DNA of 64,000 bases from Eledone cirrhosa (GCA_964016885.1 OZ024763.1:6324001-6388000), one strand, 5' to 3'; positions 39,507-53,816 are shown, counted from the stretch's first letter. The notes: a model not told the origin generated them from the letters alone. Numbers and translations are program-made.

Positions 39507-41904
39507 CATACATATATATATATATATACATACATACATATATACACATACATATATATCTATATATACATACATATATATATATACACATACATCTATA
39601 TATACATACATCTATATATACATTCATACATACATATACATACATACATACATATATACACACACACATATATATACATATATATACACACACACACACA
39701 TATATATATATATACATACATATAAATAAATAAATACAGATATACATATATAGAGAGAGGGAGAGAGAGAGAGAGTTTGTGCAAAATAGCTCTTCACCGC
39801 GCAAGACACAACAATGCCAGAAGCTGACATTATCTGGGCCCTCAAACATTAGGGGCTGGACGGTCAATTTGCAGCCATGCCATGTGTGGAGTGCGGGTAA
39901 CAGGGTGATAGTGGGGATGGACTGCAACAGCAAAATATCAAAATCAAACAAAAAATACAGCATCATAAACAGCATGCATGATTTATTAAATATATATGAT
40001 GGTGGTGATGGTGATGGTGTTGATAACAATGGTGGTGGTGGTGGTGATAGCAATGGTGATGATGGTGGTGGTGGTGGTGATAGCAATGGTGATGATGGTG
40101 GTGATGGTGTTGATAACAATGGTGGTGGTGGTGGTAATGGTGATGGTGTTGATAGCAATGGTGATGGTGATAATTGTTTCTACTTTAGGCACAAGGCCAG
40201 CAATTACCCCAGTGCATTACTGGTACTTTATTTTATCGACCCCGTAAGGATGAAAGGCAAAGTCAACCCCATGACAGTCAGTGATAACGATGAAGATGAT
40301 TTTCTAATTTATGTACAAAACCAGCAAGAGGAGTAGGGATGGATTGAGAAAGTTACATAAAAGAACACCAGTATTTTACTGGTACTTTTAGCGGCATAGG
40401 GAAGGATGGAAGTCGAAATTGACCTCGGTGGGGTTTGAACTCAGAACATAAAGGGACAGGGTGCCAAACAATTAAATAATAGAGATGTTAACAACAACAA
40501 CAATGATATTAGAAATAAAATGAAAGAGAATTATATATATGTGGGTGTAAGTATGTGTGTGTTTAGATGCTGCAGTAGTAGCAAATCGACTACATGAAGG
40601 ATGTGTGTGTGTATGTAGGAATGCATACGTATGTCTTTAACCCTTTCATTACCATATTTCTAATGAAAGACACTGTATGTCTTTAACCCTTTCATTACCA
40701 TATTTCTGATGAAAGATACTGCCAATGGTTTTAAGATATTTTTTAAATGATCAAAAATTGTTACGGCTGACTGCACTCTGAGCTCTACTTAACCATTTGT
40801 CCGTTAAGGTTCAAACCACAAGAATCCAGTTAAGAAAGACACTGGTAAAAATTACAAAACAACACTATGACTACATCACATTAAATATCAAAGTCTTTAC
40901 TATAATACTGCAAATTTCCACATCAATATGTCCACTAGTAAAGATACTGTAAACATTTGAATTAACAAACTGCATGAAACCACATTAGCAAAACACTCTT
41001 AAAAAGAACACACCAGACTGCATCACTTAAATATTAAAGTCTTTACTGTAATACTATAAATTTTAACAACAATCTGTCCACTCGTAAAGATACTATAAAT
41101 ATTTAGTATAAAACAACACTATGACTGCATCCTGAACACCAGTAAAGATACTATAAACATTTGAATTGACAAAGTCGTTTTTAGACATTTTCTGCTTAAT
41201 CCTTGCAGGATATTAAGAGTCTTTTAACAAGAGGAAAAAACCAACAAACAAAAAAAAAAAAACTTTTTCAATGAAATTAAATATATATGTATATATGTCC
41301 ATTCTATTTGACATGCTTTGTCTCGGCTAACTATACTGCATTTAAATTGTTGAACTTTCTCACTCTATTTACCTAGTTCGATTTATATTTTATATTTTGC
41401 TGTACCATATTTCTTTTCTATTTGAAAGCATGCTGGTAGAGTGCTTTTGGCAATAGTCATATTTTTTCAATGTAAATTTTTTGGCCAACGTGTATCCCTG
41501 TAAATGGTAAGCCTGGCTTATCTTCTCTTTGATGTGATGTCACACATCACTAAAGGGTTTACTACTATGGTCATTTGACACTAGCAACTGAATGTAGTAT
41601 CACGCCACTTTTGTCTATCCATCACATGGATCAAACCACCGCTGATGAACCGGCCCGATGCCTAATTACGTAATGTGTACTATCATTACTTAATATTCTG
41701 CACATGGCTGCCAGCTGATCAGAACCGCAGAGACTGCTGCAGCATTCATACCTACACAAAGTCATCTTACTCACTGATTAACATGTGTGCACTCTGGCCA
41801 GTTAGGTTCGAATAACACAAACTTAATTGGTCATTGAGTGAGGAAACGACCGAAGCTATGTCTTTTTCATTAAATGTACTCAGTCCCTTAATTATATATA
41901 TTTA

Positions 41905-42095
41905 TATAAAAAAGAAGGTGGTAAGATACCAGGTGGACCATAACGCACCAGAGTACTTGATACTTAGGGTAGTAGAGTGGGTAAAAGGGAAAAGTGTGAG
42001 GACCCCGACGGCTGAGCTCCTGCCGTTTCGACAGCTAGATCCAAACTGGTTCAGTTCGGATCTAGCTGTCGGGGTCCTCACACTTTTCCCTTTTG
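41905..42095 (+). mobile_element. Hairpin-ended repeat (possible Penelope-like remnant) in (TA)n
   Basis: Shares ggaccataacgcacca...tacttagggtagtagagtggg with 47977-48168 and 61813-62020; terminal inverted duplication. Confidence 0.6.
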
Positions 42096-43261
42096 TTTAT
42101 ATATATATACATATACATATATATATATATATATAGCATCATCAATAAAACAAAAGTTAGAGATAGGTAGTTAATTAGTTCATTGTTTTACAATCGTTTC
42201 AGAGGGTTTATTGATCATGGAAGATCGATATAGCGACTAACAGTTGGAAACCAATATACATATATATATATATTATAGTGAGATGGAGAGGGAGGTAGAC
42301 ATGTTGAAGAGAGGCAGATTGTATTCTTGCAAAATAAATAGATTAATTTAAAAAGATCTTCAACAAAAATAAAATGTAGGGCCAGCCAGATAAAAAAACA
42401 AGAGAACAGATGACTATAAGATTAGCAGAATACCAGAACATCAGAATAGAGGAAGACGAGAACATTACAATACAGGGAGACCAGAACAGTAGCATACATG
42501 AAAACCAGAACATCAGAATACATGAAGATCAGAATAACGGAATATAACAACCTACAATAACACCAGAACATAAGAATACAAGGATTATCAGAACAGTTGC
42601 GCACATGAAAATCAGAATAATGGAATATAACAATCTACAATAACACCAGAATAACGGAATACATGAAGACCAGAATATCAGAATACATCAAGTTAAAATA
42701 ACACCAGAACAGCAGAATATATTGGCAAATTTCAAAATTGTAACAACATCAACATAAGTGTCTGTGGAATTGGGTGAGGTTAGGGGAGGTTTTGGAACAG
42801 GCACATGCTGGTTACCAGAACCAAGAATCTAACCAAAGTCCATCAAGATCAAGACTTTTTAAACCATTCCCTTACAATATAAGGCTTTTTAAAGCCCTTT
42901 CCCTACAATTGAAGGCTTTTTAAAATCCTTCCCTTACAATAGAAGGCTTTTTTAAAACCCATTCCTTACCATAAAAGGCGTTTTTTTAGCTCTTTCGTTA
43001 AGGTTTTAAAACCCTTTCCTTACAATAAAAGGCATTTTGGACCCTTCCATTACCACATAAACCTTTCTTAATCCTTCAGTTAATGTATTATCTGACAAAA
43101 GACACTGCCTATGATTTTTCATTTTCAAAATAATCAGGAATGAGGGGGGGTATTAAGTGTAATATAACTAACTTTCTTACTAAGTTGGTGTTTGGAACAC
43201 AACTTAGCAAAGGTTCTTACATAGAATTATGATAGAAAGTTCTTAGATAAATATAAACACT

Positions 43262-43640
43262 TTTAACCTTTTTGATACCATATTTCTAATGAAAGACACT
43301 GTCTGTCATTAACCCTTTCATTACCATATTTCTAATGAAAGACACTGTCTTTCATTAACCCTTTCATTACCATATTTCTAATGAAAGACACTGTCTATGT
43401 CTTTAACCCTTTCATTACCATATTTCTAATGAAAGACACTGTCTATGTCATTAACCTTTTCATTACCATATTTCTAATGAAAGGCACTGTCTACAGTTTT
43501 CAAATCATTTTGAAAATAATCAAGAATTTAGTGTAATACAACTAACTTTCTTATTTTGGTGTTTGGAACATAACTTAACAAAGGTTCTTACATAAAATTA
43601 TGATGTAACGTTTTTAGATAAATATAAACACTTTAAAATG
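43262..43640 (+). mobile_element. MITE family B with about 5 head units
   Basis: 48-bp-like units followed by the family B body. Confidence 0.8.
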
Positions 43641-44603
43641 AACAGCTTAGTAATGTAAACTAGGGGGAACAATTTTGGAAGTGGAGAGTCGATTAAATTA
43701 AGCCGCAGAAAGCTGAAAGGCTAAGCTAACCTTAGTGAGCTTTGAACTCAGAATGTAAAGGGTTGTAACTATAATAATAATGGTTTCTGGGGAGAGGGGA
43801 AAGTCGATTATATCTGGTACTTTATTTTATTGACCCAGTAAGGATGAAAGGCAAAGCTAACCATGGCGGGATTTGAACTCAGAACGCCAAGGGCAATAAC
43901 TATGCATCAAAGCATGTTGTCTGACACTACTGATACTGCTAATTCACTGTCCTTTATAATAATAATAATGAGAAGTTTGCACACATCTGAAGAGTTAGAC
44001 ATTTTTACATCTACGAAATCAATGGTAATGCACGAATAAGTCAAACTGTTGACACATCCGAACATCTCCAAAACCTGGAAGTTTTTCTAATACTGACATG
44101 ACTCGGCACAAAAGGAAACTTCCATTGTCATGTGCAGCTGTACCTTGCTACATGATAGCTGTTGTATGACCTAACCTATCCCAGGATAGGGGGTGGGGAT
44201 GGGACTCGTCCAGCTCAGTTAAGTCGGCATCAGTCGATTTTTTTTTTTGTTAATCAGCAGTTGTCATAGCAACATTGAATTTTTAAATTTTTCCCAAAAT
44301 TACAAAATCTGAAAAACCTCTGGTCCCACCCAAGTCTTTAAAAAAAATCTTAAATTCAATGAAATGGGGCTGCATATATCTAAATTTAGTTAAGCCATAA
44401 CTTAGGATTAAACAAAACAACCACAACAAATGAATTTAAATTAAAACAAACAGAAACACACATATACACTGGATTATAAGTTATAGATATTGAAAATTAA
44501 ATAAATTTTTATACATACATTGCTGAAAATTAAAATAATAATAAAAAAAAAAAAAAATGGGGTTTTATATAAAGGCATTTATCAAAATTTGTCAGAAAAT
44601 TAC

Positions 44604-44690
44604 CTGGCAAACCTTTCTTTATCTTCACGAGCCTTTTTAATTTCAGGAAATACCTTCTCATAGAATTCTCGCATCTTACAGTCTCTCGAT
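44604..44690 (-). CDS. NCOR1: NCoR exon (SRDCKMREFYEKVFPEIKKAREDKERFA)
   Basis: 87 nt, phase 2/2; matches REYYEKQFPEIRKQREQQERF. Followed by a 19-kb intron (25512-44603). Confidence 0.95.
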
Positions 44691-44719
44691 CTACGGCGAG
44701 AAAAAGAATGAAACTTTAG

Positions 44720-45630
44720 ATCTCACACCTACGTAGGTATAGTTGGATTCATAGGAGGTTTCTTAGGGTGTTTTAATGATAGGGTCCCAGTCTTATGTTA
44801 CGATCCACACCCATGTAGGTTTAACTGGCCAGATATAACGACGTATCTCATAGGAAGTTTTTTGAGTGTTTTAATGATAGTGACCCCAGTCCTATCATGT
44901 TGTTGTTACAGCTCACACATATTTAGGTTTAGATGACCTCCTAACTGGCTGTGTCACATTGAAGTTTCTTGGGTGATTTGATAAGGACCTCAGTCATATT
45001 ATGATGTTGTTGTTATAGCTCACACCTATGTAGGTTTAGCTGGCCTCCTGCAAGGTTGTATCTCATTAAGACACCTGGAGGTTTCTCAGGTGTCTTAATG
45101 ATAGTGACCCCAGTCCTATCATGATGTTACAGCTCACACATATTTAGGTTTAGATGACCTCCTAACTGGCTGTGCCACATTGAAGTTTCTTGGGTGATTT
45201 GATAAGGACCTCAGTCATATTATGATGTTGTTGTTATAGCTCACACCTATGTAGGTTTAGCTGGCCTCCTGCAAGGTTGTATCTCATTAAGACACCTGGA
45301 GGTTTCTCAGGTGTCTTAATGATAGTGACCCCAGTCCTATCATGTTGTTACAGCTCACACATATTTAGGTTTAGATGACCTCCTAACTGGCTGTGCCATA
45401 TTGAAGTTTCTTGGGTGATTTGATAAGGACCTCAGTCATATTATGATGTTGTTGTTATAGCTCACACCTATGTAGGTTTAGCTGGCCTCCTGCAAGGTTG
45501 TATCTCATTAAGACACCTGGAGGTTTCTCAGGTGTCTTAATGATAGGGAACTCAGTCCTATCATGTTGTTGTTAAAGCTCACATCTATGTAGATTTAGAT
45601 GGCCTCCTACAAGGTTGTATCTCATAGGGT
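44720..45630. repeat. Higher-order tandem repeat: about 222-bp dimer of two diverged ~110-bp monomers, 3-4 copies
   Basis: gatagtgaccccagtcctatc recurs at about 44876, 45100 and 45321; cagctcacac-taggtttag occurs twice per unit. Confidence 0.88.
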
Positions 45631-45794
45631 GGTGAAATCAATTGGTGCATTTGTTTTCATTGGAAACATGGCCCTACCAAAATACAATTATTTAAAAAAA
45701 AAAACCCCACTGTAGCAAGAAAAACAGCGTGGAATATGGACGTTATATAAACATATACATGAACCAAACAAAAAATATATTTTAAAATATTCAC

Positions 45795-45880
45795 TTTCGT
45801 TTGGCATTATTTTCCAATCGTTCTATTTTCTTGAGCCAGGCTTGCATTAATTGGTCGTAACGGTCAGTTAGATAGCGCTC
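45795..45880 (-). CDS. NCOR1: NCoR exon (ERYLTDRYDQLMQAWLKKIERLENNAKR)
   Basis: 86 nt; matches RYDQLMEAWEKKVDRIENNPRRK. Confidence 0.95.
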
Positions 45881-45899
45881 CTGCAAATATAACAATGTA

Positions 45900-46330
45900 T
45901 ATATAGTTAATATAGAGGTAATGGTGTGTATATATATTTAATATAGAGGCAATGGTGTGCGTATGTATAATTAATAGAGTCATGGTGTGTTTATATAGTT
46001 AATATAGAGGTAATGGTGTGTATATATAATTAATAGAGTCATGGTGTGTATATATAGTTAATATAGAGGTAATGGTGTGTATATATAATTAATAGTCATG
46101 GTGTGTTTATATAGTTAATATAGAGTCATGGTGTGTATATATAGTTAATATAGAGGTAATGGTGTGTATATATAATTAATAGAGTCATGGTGTGTTTATA
46201 TAGTTAATATAGAGTCATGGTGTGTATATATAGTTAATATAGAGGTAATGGTGTGTATATATAGTTAATATAGAGTTGTGGTGTGTATATATAGAGGTAA
46301 TGGTGTGTATATAATTAATATAGATCAATG
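45900..46330. repeat. AT-rich ~28-bp minisatellite
   Basis: Unit tatatagttaatatagag(gta/tc)atggtgtg. Confidence 0.88.
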
Positions 46331-46792
46331 TGTGTATACAGTTAAGCATGTGATGGTGTATATATATATATATTTATTTAGGTTTGTTGGTTCACCACTG
46401 GGTAGAGCTGGTCATTCCGTATGGCCAACCTCAATGTAATAATATGGAGAGTACTCAACGTAGTGCAGCTCACCCGTCTTCGTTTGTGTAGTTGGTGGTG
46501 CGGGTATGGAGTTAAATATAATAATAAAATAACAGGAGGCTGGACTTGTGTAAATCCTTGAAAGGTTTATTATACTCTGATCATTTCAATGACGGGTTCC
46601 ATATGAATCCGGTGATATCATCAGGTATTCGAAATTATATATATATAGCTAATACACAATGAAGGTGGGTATATACAGTTTATATATAGTTAAGGTGTGT
46701 ATATATACAGAGTTATTGTGTGTATATACCATCAATTATATACATTACATATACACTAAAGATAGTTTTATATATATAACATATATCCTTAA

Positions 46793-47000
46793 CCCTTTAG
46801 CATTTAAACCGGTCATATCTGGCCAGAATTCTCTCACCTCTTTCTGTTCAAACCACCCGTAACCAGCTGCTCATACTGAGCTTAAGATATTGTTCTCAAA
46901 ATAAATAATATCAAAATCTCATAGACTCGATATTATGTGAGATAAACCCTTTACTATGAAAATACGATAGTAAATATAGAGTAATGTAAATGCTAAAGGG
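46793..47000. mobile_element. MITE family A, clean 208-bp copy
   Basis: 14-bp perfect TIR CCCTTTAGCATTTA with TTAA on both sides. Confidence 0.9.
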
Positions 47001-47030
47001 TTAATATGTACATCTAATCAACAAGATATA

Positions 47031-47201
47031 CCATATTTCCTGGTGCCGAAGATGCTTCATCCACTAGGATGCACTCTAATTTTGACAACCAAAACTTTAA
47101 AAAAAAAATATACTAAACAACCTTCGGCCTCCAGGATGCATTGTAGATTTTTGAGACTTATTTTAGGAAAAAAGTAGCACCTTTGACGCAGGGAAATACG
47201 G
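47031..47201. mobile_element. TA-flanked Tc1/pogo-type MITE
   Basis: TA|CCATATTTCCTG ... CAGGGAAATACGG|TA. Confidence 0.6.
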
Positions 47202-47332
47202 TATTTTAATAACAAGGGATAAATGAATGAAATAAAATATAATGTAGAAAATGATATGTCTTAAGAAGTCTAAGACAATGTGAAATGACTGGTAAAATGA
47301 AGGCATAATAATAAAATAGGGAGAGCTCTTAC

Positions 47333-47399
47333 CCGCTGCTTACGCTCCTTAAAGCGCAGCTTAAAGTGTACAATTAACCGTTTCTTGAACATTTGGTAT
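47333..47399 (-). CDS. NCOR1: NCoR exon (YQMFKKRLIVHFKLRFKERKQR)
   Basis: 67 nt, phase 2/0, GTAAGA donor; homologous to MRKKLILFFKRRNHARKQR. Confidence 0.92.
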
Positions 47400-47472
47400 C
47401 TGGCAAAGAATTGAAGTGAAATATTTTAGATTGAGGAATCAGGGTTATGGTGTTGCAGACTGGTAATATTAC

Positions 47473-47549
<77 letters not shown>

Positions 47550-47976
47550 CGTGTGTGTGTGTTATAAAAAAAAAAAGAGATGGTATCATGTATACATGAT
47601 ACTGTCTCTGTTAATCTATACTGTTGACACTCTGATATCATATAGGTAATACCTTATGGTACCCATGTTGTGGAGTGCTTATGCCTGATTACACCATAGT
47701 CGGTCGATTGCCTGATTACACCATAGTCGGTCGATTGCTTGATCAACCAACACTGATTACTTGAAATAATATATATACATACACATAGTACACAGCGACA
47801 CACAAACCATACACACACACAGAAATACAGTACACAAACCATACACACACACAGAAATACAGTACACAAACAACCGGTGACGAATGATAATATCAGCTAG
47901 CATCGAGGAACTCAGAGTACCCATGAAAACATATGCCAGTTTGCAATGTGTTTTATATATAAATATATATATATAT

Positions 47977-48168
47977 AGGAAAAAGTATGACCCCCGACGG
48001 CAGAGCTCAAGCCGTTTCAAGTCCAGAAATAGCCATCGAAACGGCTTGAGCTCTGCCGTCCATCGGGGTCATACTTCTACTTTTTCCTATTTCCCACTCT
48101 ACTACCCTAAGTATTGAGTACTCTGGTGCGTTATGGTGCAATGGTTCCTTACCACACTTCCTTCATTA
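47977..48168 (-). mobile_element. Hairpin-ended repeat, second copy
   Basis: Reverse complement of the 41905/61813 family, flanked by (TA)n. Confidence 0.6.
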
Positions 48169-48482
48169 TATATATATACATATATATAAAAGTTTTGTAG
48201 CTTGCTTGAAGCATTGTTGAATAGGAAACACAAATTTAAATTTTGAAATCCAAACAATGCGTTAGAAAGATCATTAAATCGTCAAAATAATAAAAAAAAC
48301 CTACCTTAGCAAATTTAATGATCCCAAATATTTTCAGGTTTAAAAACCCATTATCAAGGGATTATTTGGGATCGTTAATTTGCTACGGTAAGATTCTTTT
48401 ATTATCTTGGTGATTTAATGTTCTTTCTAATGCATTATTTGGTTTTAAAAATTTGAATTTGTGATTGTGTTTTATATATATA

Positions 48483-48815
48483 TCATCATCATCACCGTTT
48501 TACGTCCGTTCCTCCACGCTAGCATGGGTTAGACGAGTTGTCCTGTTGTGGGCAGTGTCTGGTCGGCTGACCATGCCTTGCTCATACAGGAACTGATCTG
48601 GCTTGATTTCTACAGCTGGTGCCCTTCCTAACACCAACCTCATTTACAGTGAGTGCTGGGTGCTTTTTCGTGGCGCCTACACGTCCACTTTACAGTGTGG
48701 GCTGGGTGCTTTTTTTCCGTGGCACCTCCACGACCACCTTGCAGTGGGAGGGTGTGGGGGCATATTGTCTATATGATTCAGCTTGTACCCATGGGAGGTC
48801 GGGTACTCTGTATTA
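48483..48815 (-). mobile_element. SINE variant (same as 24270-24620)
   Basis: Near-identical over about 330 bp, with a (CAT)n tail. Confidence 0.8.
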
Positions 48816-49684
48816 CTATATATATATATATATTGGCTTGAAGTCACACCAACGAGTACATGATGGTAAAGTCCAAGTTTACTATTCAAACTACGTTGCA
48901 GAGTATCAGTTCCAAGTTTGTTAGAAAATTTGCAAATCAGGTGGTGGATTGCAGCGACATCTGAACATACACAATAAGCAAACCCAAAGTGGGAACAAGA
49001 ACGAAATGAGATATTGTATTATTTGTGGACAGGACTTTCACAAAGTAGATTTGTCAGAATATACATAACATCTTAATGAAAAGTGATGGCTAAAATAATC
49101 TCACTCAAAGAAGTAAATACATATCGAACATACTTCTACAAAATCACTGTAGGTGTAATGAAGAATAATCACAATTCTATTAATGGGTATGTATATTTTA
49201 TATAACAGAATAAATCCTTTGAAGAGAAGTTCATCCTGTTAACAATGACCATATCAATTTATTGAAGGGCTATTCTTTGTATTTTGAAACTGTAGTAAGG
49301 GTAATTATTTTAGCCCTAGGGAAATATTCTACAGTAATCTACTCCCCAGTGATTTTATATAAGATATTCTATATACATATACATATATATATATACATAC
49401 ACACACAAATAGAATTTGAAGTTTGAAAGCCATAACAATGCAAAATGGACTAACAAAGAAAGCAACATGGTATAGCACATTCTGCCCAACACTAGATTAG
49501 TCCTTTTTATTTCCCTCAGAGGAAGAGATTTTGATCTCAAAATATCAGGGCATATAAATAAATTACAGTAAAACATAACATCTTGTTTTGTCTGATTTCT
49601 TTGTTCCTCCATTTTGCATTGTTGTGGCTTTTAAACTTCAAATTCTATATACCATACACAATGCTTCAAGTAAACTACAAATCC

Positions 49685-49746
<62 letters not shown>

Positions 49747-49896
49747 GTCGTTAAGTATGAAATTTGTAGAAATTTGTTTTCCCCCCTGACGAATTTCATA
49801 CTTCACCCAATATATATATATATATACATATTATATACAGAGAGAGAGAGAGAGAGCAACAAAGAGAAAAGGGAGGTAAATCCAAATAAAACTTAC

Positions 49897-49949
49897 TTTA
49901 ATTTGTTGCCATGATACATGCTTGTATCAGAAGGTTGGTTGTACAAAGG
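49897..49949 (-). CDS. NCOR1: NCoR exon (PLYNQPSDTSMYHGNKL)
   Basis: 53 nt, GTAAGT donor; carries the invariant PLYNQPSDT motif. Confidence 0.95.
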
Positions 49950-50533
49950 CTGGAATGATAAAGGAAGATTCTGAACAACATTTGGTAAGAAAATAGAGTT
50001 AGCATGAAAAAAATGGATAAAAAAAACTGATAAAATTTATTGCTGAGCTAAATTATTGAACCTTGGTACCATCCCACATGAAACTATCCCTAGTTCTAGG
50101 ATACAGAATTGTTTGTTTTAAAATGTTTATATTTATCTAGAAACTTTTCATCATAAGTTATGTTCCAAACACCAACTTAAATAATGAGAAAGTCAGTTAT
50201 ATTACTAAATCCCTCCAAATTATTGATTATAATCCAAAATTATTTGAAAACCATAGGGGTCTGTTTTTCATCAGAAATATGGTAACGAAAGGGTTAAGTA
50301 TTTATATTTATCTAAAAACCCTCCAGCACCTTTCATCGGAAATATTGTAACGAAAGGGTTAATCATGAAAATCACAATGTAACCCGCCCCCCCACAGGAA
50401 GATAGGAATGGAGCAAAGAAACTATAGTGTATTAAAATATTTAATAAAAGTAATTAGCTAAACTTATTAAGTCTTAAGTATTTGTTATCCTAAATTATTT
50501 CTAATAAAACATTGAAATAAAATTAATATTTAC

Positions 50534-50590
50534 CATATCAATTTTTGGTCCAAGCTTAGTTAGAGTGCTGTGAGCATCGTCAGCCTTCCG
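50534..50590 (-). CDS. NCOR1: NCoR exon (RKADDAHSTLTKLGPKIDM), TBL1-binding region
   Basis: 57 nt AG/GT exon; matches KKAEEAHKIFEGLGPKVEL. Confidence 0.93.
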
Positions 50591-51081
50591 CTGCAGATGA
50601 GAAGGAAAATGAGTTAACTTTGGAGGGGGGAAAACATGTCATTTGGACAGTGGCAGAGGCTGGTGTTTTAACCCTTTAGCATTTACATTACTCTATATAT
50701 ACTATCGTATTTTCATGGTAAAGGCTTTATTTCACATAATATGCCAGTGGAAGGTTGATGCAGTAGAGGAAGACCATGGAAAACATGGGCGGAGGTGGTG
50801 AGAGCTGACCTCAATCGCTGAAGAGAACCTGTCCCACCCTTGCAAGCAGGGAAAAGCATACGTAAAATTTTGATATTTATCTTGAGAACAATACCTTAAC
50901 ATAAGTATTAGCAGTTGGTTATGGACCATTTGAAGAGAAAGAGGTGAGAGAATTCTGGTTGGATACAGCCAGTTTCAGTTTAAATGCTAAAGGGTTAAAC
51001 CGGCTATATCCGCCCAGAATTCTCTCACTTCTTTCTATTCAAACTGTCCATAACCAACTGCTCATACTTATGTTAAGGTAT

Positions 51082-51419
51082 GGAGGCACATGGCTTAGTG
51101 GTAAGAGCATTGGCCTTGCAATCGAAAGGTTGTGAGTTCAATTCTCAGACTGGGTGATGTGTTGTTTCCTTGAGCAAGACACTTTATTTCACATTGCTCC
51201 AGTTTACTCAGCTGTAGAAATGAGATGATAGGGACTGGGGTTCATATCATTCCACTGCAAAGTGGTCGTGGAGGTGCCACGGCAAAAAAGCACCCAGCAC
51301 TCACTGTAAATGAGGTTGGTGTTAGGAAGGGCATCCAGCTGTAGAAATCAAGCCAGAATCAGTTCCCGTCCCACCCTTGCAAGCAGGGAAAAGTGGACGT
51401 AAAATGAAATGATGATGAT
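51082..51419 (+). mobile_element. SINE family 1, full length, inserted into a family A MITE
   Basis: A box TGGCTTAGTGG, B box GAGTTCAATTC, CORE-like ccttgagcaagacactttatttcac, tail gcaagcagggaaaagtggacgtaaaatgaaa(tga)n. Splits the MITE at aaggtat^tgttctc. Confidence 0.9.
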
Positions 51420-52527
51420 TGTTCTCAAAATAAATAATACCAAAATCTCATAGATTTGATATTATGTGAGATAAAGTGTTTACCATGAAAATATAGAGTA
51501 CTGTAAATGCTAAAGGGTTAACTGAATTATTTGGTATATAACTTTGTCTGGAACATTGGTAGATAACTTTGTGTGATGCTGGTACACAAAGTCATATGTA
51601 TATACGAGTTGTGATGACACTGGAGCCAAGTTGTATTCAGCCTTTGTTGTTCCTTTGAACATTATATATATAGTGTATCCCAGTGTGAACCTAATGGAAA
51701 ATTGACTCCCTTTTTTTTTGTTTCTTTTATTAACTATATATATCATCAATACGGTTTTCCGCACATTTTCCCAGGCTTGCATGGATTGGATCAGGGTCAT
51801 TCATAAGAGTTATGGACCCAACTCCATTATCGATCTGGTCTTCAGACTGGCAATGTGACAAAAAATAGTTTGTCTGAATCACCTACACTATATATATATG
51901 GTGTGTGTATACATGAATTTTAATGACACTAAGCTGCTTATATATATATATAGTATGTATATGTAGTGCATCTATAGTGTCTATATGAACTGTGATGACA
52001 CCGATACCAAGCTAAATTTTCCTAAAACCAAACTACCTGTAACAAGGACATATACATTAGATCATACTGCAATGTTTCTACACTGCTTAAAGAGAAAAAA
52101 AAAAAAAAAGAAATACAATTTAAATTACTAGGATTTTTTCCAACACGCTGATATGAATGCGTATGTGTGTGCATACGGATATGTATGTGTATATGTGTGT
52201 GCATACGTATATGTTGAGTATATAAATATAAACGCGCAAACACAGACACGCAAAAATACATTCACACAAACACACATACTTTCACCCTTTCACACACAAA
52301 CACACACATACACTCACACAATGTAGCAAATAGAACGCCAGCCGCTGTTTTGCTATAGTTTTTTCACCCCCGCCCCTCCCTCCCTCTCCATTTTACACAC
52401 AAACACACACACACACACATTCTGTGAAGGACGGATGGACGGAAGTTGCTCAAATTTCCATACAGAAGAAACATCGTAGATGTTCAGAGTTAGAGATAGA
52501 AACAGAGGTAGAATAATGAATGGGTAC

Positions 52528-52644
52528 CCGGTTGTCAGAATATATGAGCTGTGCAATACTCTGGTGTTTGGTTTCAGCGGTTGTGTGTTCTGGAGAGGCA
52601 GGTTTCTCTTCAGGAGGTTTTGCAGCTATTTGTTCTATTTGATG
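52528..52644 (-). CDS. NCOR1: NCoR exon (HQIEQIAAKPPEEKPASP...KHQSIAQLIYSDNR)
   Basis: 117 nt; matches vertebrate AAKPPEPEKPVSP...KHRSIVQIIYDENR. Confidence 0.95.
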
Positions 52645-53141
52645 CTGCAAACAACAACAACATTAACAACAATATCAATTCAGGAGTTAAAACAACAACA
52701 ACAACCAACACTAACTCCATTACAGCATTACAATACACTGTTTTCCTATTATATCAAATGTAAAACTAATAATACATTTCTTCATTGTACTGTGTTGTTT
52801 GCTTTGTTTTTTTCTGTTTGCCTTTTGCATATATATATATATATATATATGGTATGGTTAGTAAATAAACATTTTGACAGTCTCAGCTATGAATAGTAGA
52901 CCGACAGTCAGCACCACCTAGCAGTGTCCAGCAGAAGCAAGGGTGATAACTGTCTATGCATTTCGTCTGTGTAGGTCGGCTGATTAGCCTCATTTGCATA
53001 CAAAGCTGTATACAAATATGTATGTGAATTTCGTATATCTAAAAATATACGGTATGTTTAATAAATAGACATGTTGAAAGCCTCTGCTATGAATAGAAGA
53101 CTGGTGCTTTATTTTGATGGAAAAATAATAGGGAAAAAATA

Positions 53142-53190
<49 letters not shown>

Positions 53191-53381
53191 CACACACAGA
53201 TTGCCAAGTTCAACAGTTTCTATAAATGTGGTTTGTTGCAGCAACCAACTAACCTACCAACCCACCAACCAACTAACCTGCCAACTAACCAACCCACCAA
53301 CTAACTAACCTACCAACTCACCAACCAACTTGCCAACCCACTCATTAACTAATTAACAAAGTAATGAATGAATGAACCAAC

Positions 53382-53543
53382 CTGACTTTTCTTCAATTTA
53401 TGAATATCCTGTTCAACTTTGAGAATCTCCCTGTCCACTCTGCTGATAGCTTGCAGAAGAAATTCTTTTGAAGCACGGTTAGCACTTTCATCATTTGGTA
53501 ACGTGGGTGATATTGCTTCAACTTGAGGATTGTACGCAGGCTC
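53382..53543 (-). CDS. NCOR1: NCoR exon, GPS2-binding coiled coil (EPAYNPQVEAISP...SKEFLLQAISRVDREILKVEQDIHKLKKSQ)
   Basis: 162 nt, phase 0/0; matches vertebrate SKEELIQSMDRVDREIAKVEQQILKLKKKQ. Confidence 0.95.
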
Positions 53544-53816
53544 CTACAATACAAATTTAAATACAAAATAGTGTGAAATAAAAAAAAATAAAAAATACAC
53601 AAATTGAAATAAAAATTAAATTAAAAAATATATATAGGATTTTAATCCAATCACAGTAGTTTTATATCGCAGAACATATATTAAAAAAACAACAACAAAA
53701 AAAAAAAAAACATTACATATGAAAAAGAAAGATAAAAACAAAATTGTCTGATGATCTACCGATTACTGGCAACCCGTCTTCCTGTATAATAAGAGGTCAG
53801 AAAACAATATACATAC

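Noticed and set aside
39790-39905. GC-richer island resembling a structured ncRNA
   Set aside because: No recognisable family motif or clear fold; more likely a repeat fragment.
25512-44603. Nested gene or extra exons in the 19-kb intron
   Set aside because: Flanking exons join in phase and colinearly with vertebrate NCoR; no ORF with protein-like composition was seen. Micro-exons cannot be excluded by eye.
46560-46640. Hammerhead-like CTGATGA...GAAA on the minus strand
   Set aside because: Could not build convincing stems I and III, and no second copy in the window.
51082-51155. tRNA gene candidates (also about 10340-10405 and 22160-22225)
   Set aside because: A/B boxes are present but no complete cloverleaf; they continue into SINE bodies.
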